NCBI GenBank assembly: GCA_033442325.1
Contig: JAWQFM010000011.1
Location: 1,113,687 to 1,177,686, forward strand
Direction of reading: 5' to 3'
Source: Salpingoeca rosetta
Lineage: Eukaryota > Protista > Choanoflagellata
DNA length: 64,000 bases
Of this stretch, positions 43,869 through 64,000 are shown in pieces. The position numbers were made by a program, and so were the translations under genes. Under the pieces are notes generated by a model. That model worked only from the letters and a program-made list of their open reading frames with translations. It was not told where the DNA came from and did no database searches. Positions within the stretch are counted from its first letter, which is position 1; each line of letters opens with the position of its first letter.

Positions 43869-44147
43869 CGTTGTGACGGATGGCATGCATCTTGACGTAT
43901 GTACTGTAACTTGTTGTGTCAAAATACACCAAACCACACCACGCATCAGCACACACGGCACATCACCACCTGTCCTTGAACAACACGCCAGCACACATGC
44001 ACACCCTTTACCCCCCCCAAACACACACACACTCAAACAGACAAAAAGCGTCCACAGTGCAAAAGCACAAGAACATGCTTGCTTCTTGCAGGCACACACA
44101 CACACACACACCCACACACCCACACACACACCAAAGAGAGTGTGATA

Positions 44148-46483
<2,336 letters not shown>

Positions 46484-46875
46484 CGCTGCGGTGTTGTGCT
46501 GGTGTGGCTGCTGGTGTGGCTGCTGGTGTGGCTGCTGTGAGTGCTCTTGTCGCTCGTCGCTCGTCGCACGTGGGTGTGGACAAGAAACACCAAAAAATGC
46601 ATTTTGGGCACGGCACAGCGATCAAAACAAGACAGACGTGTAATATGAATTGGATTTTCCATGTATGTTTTTAGCAAAAAATCTCATTGCTGCATCCACT
46701 TTTGCATCCGCCCACCACCACCACCGGCCACAACAACAAACAAGCACACCACTGCCACCCACCCAAACGTGGGCTCTTGACCAGCTGGGCTTGTTGTGAT
46801 TGTTGAGCGTTGCAGGTTGAACAACCAACCACAAGCAACCACACACACTGCAAGCAAGCTAGCAAGGGAGGGGAC

Positions 46876-55976
<9,101 letters not shown>

Positions 55977-56117
55977 GTATGTTTGGCAGAGAAGAGGGGG
56001 GGGGGGCTGCAGTTTTGACACTGGTTTCCTCTCGTGTCATTCAATGCCCTGCCTACATTTTGCGCAAACGTCGATCCCCTCACATGTACGTTCATATCTC
56101 TCATCACGTCGCAACAC

Positions 56118-56171
<54 letters not shown>

Positions 56172-56463
56172 TTCAGCATACGCTGTCATATGCTCTTGAG
56201 TCTCTCTCGGTGCGAATGAGGTCGAAGGGCTCCCTCCATATCGCGGGGGTGACAAACGGCGTGTCTTCCCTCATCACCAGCTCGTACTGCAGCGGGCGCC
56301 CTTTCTTTCTGTTCGCTTCAGGAACTTGCGCAGACGCGGGAAGAACGGGCGCGAGAATTTGTTTAGCGGCACCTCCGGCTCGTCAATAGTCTCTCACATG
56401 ATCTCCTGTTGGTCAGGGTAAGAGGAGGGCCAAGAGGGGCAAGGGGCATGAGAAGATGTGAGA

Positions 56464-56520
<57 letters not shown>

Positions 56521-56525
<5 letters not shown>

Positions 56526-56552
56526 TGTGATGTGTGTGTGTGTGTGTGTGTG

Positions 56553-56627
<75 letters not shown>

Positions 56628-56687
56628 ATGTGTGTCGGGGAATGGTGTCATGTCACAGCGTGTGTGTGTGTGTGTGTGTGTGATGTG

Positions 56688-56765
<78 letters not shown>

Positions 56766-56799
56766 ATGTGTGTCGGGGAATGGTGTCATGTCACAGCGT
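56521..56799. repeat. Duplicated intronic block ending CATGTGTGTCGGGGAATGGTGTCATGTCACAGCGT (2 copies) in a Dcp2-like intron
   Basis: Direct reading; copies end at ~56661 and ~56798. Confidence 0.85.
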
Positions 56800-56881
56800 T
56801 TCAAGGGAATCAAGTCACAGACAGTCAGGTTCCAAGCAAACGTCCACTCACGAGCACACACACGCACCTTGATTTCGCCTT

Positions 56882-57068
56882 NNNNNNNNNNNNNNNNNNN
56901 NNNNNNNNNNNNNNNNNNNNNNNNNNNNNNNNNNNNNNNNNNNNNNNNNNNNNNNNNNNNNNNNNNNNNNNNNNNNNNNNNNNNNNNNNNNNNNNNNNNN
57001 NNNNNNNNNNNNNNNNNNNNNNNNNNNNNNNNNNNNNNNNNNNNNNNNNNNNNNNNNNNNNNNNNNNN
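56882..57068. other. Assembly gap (N run) inside the Dcp2-like gene
   Basis: Ns. Confidence 1.
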
Positions 57069-57418
57069 TGTTTGTGTATCTGTGTGTGTCGGAATGACAG
57101 GCGCGAGCTGATGCAGCAAAGATAAAAAATAAACGACATATAGAACAGCAGTATGTTAAAGGATGCGGCGCGCACACTCTATTGGCGTTGTGTAGCACGT
57201 CCTCCTCTTGGATGTACATGTCACACCGGAAATGTGTCTTCCTCATATGCCTGTGATTGTGGTGGGATGTTGTCCCACGTGGAATTGAAGTCAAGGGTGG
57301 CAAGACAAGGAGGGAGAAAGGGGCTAACAAATGGCAAAGCAACCCATTGGTAGAGGTGTACGAAAGAGAGAGAGAGGCAGACAGACAGACAGACAGACAG
57401 ACACACACACACACACAC

Positions 57419-57455
<37 letters not shown>

Positions 57456-58144
57456 GAACCGCACACACGGCACAGAGAGAGAGACAGACACAGACAGACG
57501 CACACACGCACACACAGACACACACACACGCACACACGCACACACAAACAGACACAGAAGTCAATCGAGCATCCATGGGTCAGTGGAACATGCGTGTAGG
57601 CACGAGTAGGTGGATAGGCAACGTACCTCGCGAAGGGCGCAGGACAGCAAGTCCTCGCCTTCCTCAAGCTTGCCCTTTGGGAACCCATAAGTGGTGGCAT
57701 CGTGGCCCTTGACCAGCAACACTTTTGTTCTTGTTGGGTCGACCAGCGCCACCCCGCACGTCACCTTCTGCCAACCCCGCTTCACAAACGCTGTCCTCAA
57801 ATGCATGTATGTGTGTGTGGAAGGTTGGTGTCGCAGGCAGACGTGCATGGAGTTGCAGAGCAAGTGGAGCAAGCGCAGATGCATCGCAGATAGGATACAG
57901 ACAGCACACGGCATCGCACCTTGGTAGCGCTTCCAACCGTGCTTGGCTTTGGGTTGTAATGCTTTGATGTACTTGAACACCAAGCGTACAAACTCCTCCT
58001 CTGACAGGTTGGGCAGTCCTTTCTGGCAGTGCGCCAGTGCGCACGCAATCAGAGAAAGTGTGGTCGGGTTCCCACGGGACATCCAACATCAATCAAACGT
58101 GTGGGTCAACTGCACGCCAACGTTGCACACACACATCACACACA

Positions 58145-58202
<58 letters not shown>

Positions 58203-58222
58203 CACACACATCACACACACAC

Positions 58223-58277
<55 letters not shown>

Positions 58278-58376
58278 CACACACACACACACATCACATC
58301 ACACACATCACATCACACACACACACACACACACACATCACACACACACACACATCACACACATCACACACACACA

Positions 58377-58443
<67 letters not shown>

Positions 58444-59267
58444 TCACGCATCACTCACCTGGCCCTGGTGGTCGTCGATGTAGTTCCACCACATGTGCTG
58501 TATCGCTGCTCCAATGACATCCTCATCCTCAAGCTGTGCTGCGTCGTGCGGCATGTGGTGCACAGCAATGTCGCACACCACATCCCTCAACTGCTGGCTT
58601 TTGTTGTCGCTCATCGTTGGTGTTTGTGTTTTGTTGGAGAGAGAAATGAATGCACTGACGATACGTCAAAGGTGCCTTGCTGTTGTTCCCCCCCCCCCAC
58701 ACACACACACACACACCTACCACCTCCACGCCACGGTCTTCTCATTTGCTTTAACGGTGATGTACACAGCGTATATCAGGTATCACGCACGCACGCACTC
58801 GGGCAAGCAGGCAAAGGGGAGAAAGAACGACAAACGGCAATCGAGGCAGGCAGGCAGGCAAATGAGAGCGAGACACACGGAGAAAGAAATACGCAGGTAC
58901 ATGTGTATCATCGTGTCATGTCGCACACACAAGGTGAAGGAACATCCACTGTTCACCCGTCTCCCTCTTCCTTCCCCTTTATGGGATCACACACGCCCGC
59001 CAGCCAAGGACCAGAGCCAAGCTTCGCTCCTCCCCTCAAAAAGAAAAAAAAAAAACGCCTGCCGCTAGATCATCACCATCGCTCAGAGACTTACGACCGC
59101 CACCAGCCTCACCCCCCGCCCTCACCACCTGATGAAGCAACCAGCCCACCACCACAAAGACAACAACACCTCAACCGGAACGAATAGCTGCTGCTGCTTC
59201 GACTCACCAACACCACCACCACCACCACCACCACGCACGGCTCACCAGACCCCTGGCTCACGTGCAA

Positions 59268-61891
<2,624 letters not shown>

Positions 61892-63446
61892 TGCGGCGGG
61901 TTGGTGGTCTAGTAGTTGGCAGCAGCAGGACACATGCGTGAGCTGCATCGGGACAAGCGGAAAGCCGCGAGATTTGTCGTTTGGTGCAAGACCGCGAGAG
62001 ATCGGCGGTTGGAGAGAAGGATCAAACCGTGCGGCGAAAGCAGATGCAGCAGCTCAACCACGTTACCTGTGTGAAGAGGATGAAGAGGGCGGGATCAAAT
62101 CAGCAGATGGATGTCAATCTCGACTGCTTTGGAGGCGGAGTGCTGGAATGCGATGGTGGTGGCGCAAGCAGCGAATCAGCAACATGCACGAAATGTGAGT
62201 TGTTGGATCCAGAATCAACACACGAGGTCAGCGGATAGGCGTGAGACAGAGAAGAAGGAGAAACAGAAAGCAAAGAAGCATCAAGATCGCTGCCCGTGTG
62301 GGTGGACGAGAGATCGGTCAAGTAAATGGCACATCAGTATCATCATCATGGTGATGCGCACAGAAACTTGGGCACGATCTTTTGCTGACGACCAACAATG
62401 TGTGTGTGTGTGTGTGTGTGCGCGCTCTCACAACGAGATTGTGGGTTGGTCGTGGGCAGGTGCGGGGGATGAAAGAGACAACCCAGACAAGCCAACGCAC
62501 AAGGCCACGCGCACGCACCTGTGTAGGCCGTGACAGAGAGCAACCAGGCGACCGCAATGCAGGTAGGCGGAGAGGGCAAGCCGGTCAGCAAGTCTTGTGG
62601 TACCGTGTGACACGACGACGACGATGTCTTGCTCGTTTGGTCTTGCTCTGGTGGTGGTTGTGCGCGGTGTGATGGGGATGGGAGAAAAAGAGAGACGGAG
62701 CAGTGCTGTGTGTTGGTCAGCAGAGACCGAAACTTGTGAAAGGTGCCAGGGAATGGTAGCTGAAAAAATCATCATTTATTATGCTGAATGCATTTTATCA
62801 TGTTCTTTGTAAGGGACATCCGATCCGGGGGTGCGTCTGCATTCCCGGTGGCCCACTCACCGCTCCTGAGATTGCTCCCCACCACACACCCAATATTCTG
62901 CCTTTTGAAAAACGTGTCTGACCCAAATAAACATTTTTGCAACGACCCCGTCCTCCCCACCACACTGCACAACCCCACTGCCCTCACCCACCAACCCCTC
63001 CCCACTCCAACGATGGCATCCATCCACACCACTCCCGATCAAATCTCTCCTGAAGACTTGGTCGATACCCTCGGTGCGCACTTGTCATCCCCACGTCTCT
63101 TGCCCACAACCAACAGCCTTCATGTGGTGTTCAAGTGTTCCCCTGCCTGGCTGTCCCTCACATGATCGCTTGACTTCACACAACAACCACCCTGACCTCC
63201 TCTTTCGTCTGTCCGCGACCGCATCACTGAAGAGTTACTGCCTCTGCCCGACGAATCCGCCAATGACACACACGGTGCGCAATGGCCCCATCCTGCCTGT
63301 GTCCGTATGTGCATGAGTGTCTATGTGTGTATCTCTGAGTGATTATATGTGTGCGCCTGTGCGTGCGTGTGCGTGTGTTTGCGCTCTTGCGTGTGTGTGT
63401 GTGTGTGTGCTTGTGCATGTGTTTGCGCTCTTGTGTATGTGCGCTC

Positions 63447-63493
<47 letters not shown>

Positions 63494-63497
63494 GGAG

Positions 63498-64000
63498 TGT
63501 GTGGAAAATTCGACAAGTTTGTGTGGGGATTCTGGAACTACGAGGACGATGGCGATATAATTACAATTAAAACTATAAAAAGAGGAAGGGTGACGTCAAG
63601 CAATAAAATCGGAAATTATCAGGTTAGTACAGCGATAAGTAAACGACTAGCATATGAACCGCAGGTTAAACAGCATTGGTCAGCAAGAACAAGATTTTAA
63701 GTCCGTAATAAAGGTTCCCGCGTATATCATGAAAGAATACTGCAAAGATAAGGGCTTAACCTCTCGACTCGTGTCAATGTGTACGATGTGTATGGGGGAG
63801 AGAATGCAGACGCAGTGGAGTGAGTGATAGTAGTAGAGGGAAGTGATGAGGAGGGTGCGTAATTCACGAACATAGATATCGACTCCATAAACGCAGGTAG
63901 AGTAGCAGACTCCGACAGACCATAGTGCATACCAGATTATGACAGTCGATTGTGCGCCAGTCGATGTGAATGAAAAGTAGTATGTATTTTAAACCATAAT
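63498..64000. mobile_element. Candidate edge (LTR-like) of a transposable element
   Basis: Abrupt change from a (GT)n tract to microsatellite-free, visibly AT-richer non-coding sequence, starting TGTG(G)... at 63498 or 63522. No enzyme domain or second terminus in the window. Confidence 0.3.

Larger units (their letters stand above)
56173..58614 (-). pseudogene. DCP2: Dcp2-like mRNA decapping Nudix hydrolase, apparently disabled (or mis-sequenced)
   Basis: Box A-like LRDVVCDIAVHH...IQHMWWNYIDD, KVLLVKG, Nudix [20 protein letters not shown]|AYEE. Then a frameshift at ~57239, in-frame TGA at 56394-56396 and a probable second frameshift at ~56305. Introns are retained and one exon is interrupted by an N gap. 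Confidence 0.65.

Noticed and set aside
56394-56396. Selenocysteine or UGA=Trp recoding in the Dcp2-like gene
   Set aside because: The position is Trp not Cys, no SECIS was recognised, other genes here use TGA as stop, and frameshifts accompany it.
57943-59187. 414-aa plus-strand ORF
   Set aside because: Antisense to Dcp2-like exons plus a (CA)n intron; no domain.

Overview
Eukaryotic, intron-dense, GC-rich genomic DNA with very abundant (GT)n/(CA)n/(CACT)n intronic microsatellites and polyQ/D/N coding repeats. The style and gene set suggest a unicellular holozoan, probably a choanoflagellate such as Salpingoeca rosetta (inference, no search run). I read 15 spliced or intronless gene models: VPS13B-like (5' part, runs off the left edge), RCL1, a bestrophin, a MATE transporter, TMEM256, MRNIP, a rhodanese with an extra domain, a type-B carboxylesterase, a plasma-membrane-type Na+/H+ exchanger, a bacterial-type sulfotransferase, an intronless CbiX-like chelatase, RPF2, a Myo1c-like myosin I, an apparently disabled Dcp2-like Nudix gene and a PPM1A/B-like PP2C. 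There are three assembly gaps and an AT-rich, element-like segment at the right edge. Best leads: (1) a myosin I with a phase-compatible post-TH1 extension carrying six Src-type tyrosine motifs; (2) a bestrophin whose acidic Ca2+ clasp and RFP motif are replaced; (3) a head-to-head pair of bacterial-type genes (sulfotransferase plus CbiX-like chelatase); (4) introns bracketed by complementary 5' (GT)n and 3' (CA)n tracts; (5) a Dcp2-like gene with a stop at a conserved Trp and two frameshifts. Exon boundaries were read by eye and most ORF-track entries are microsatellite noise.
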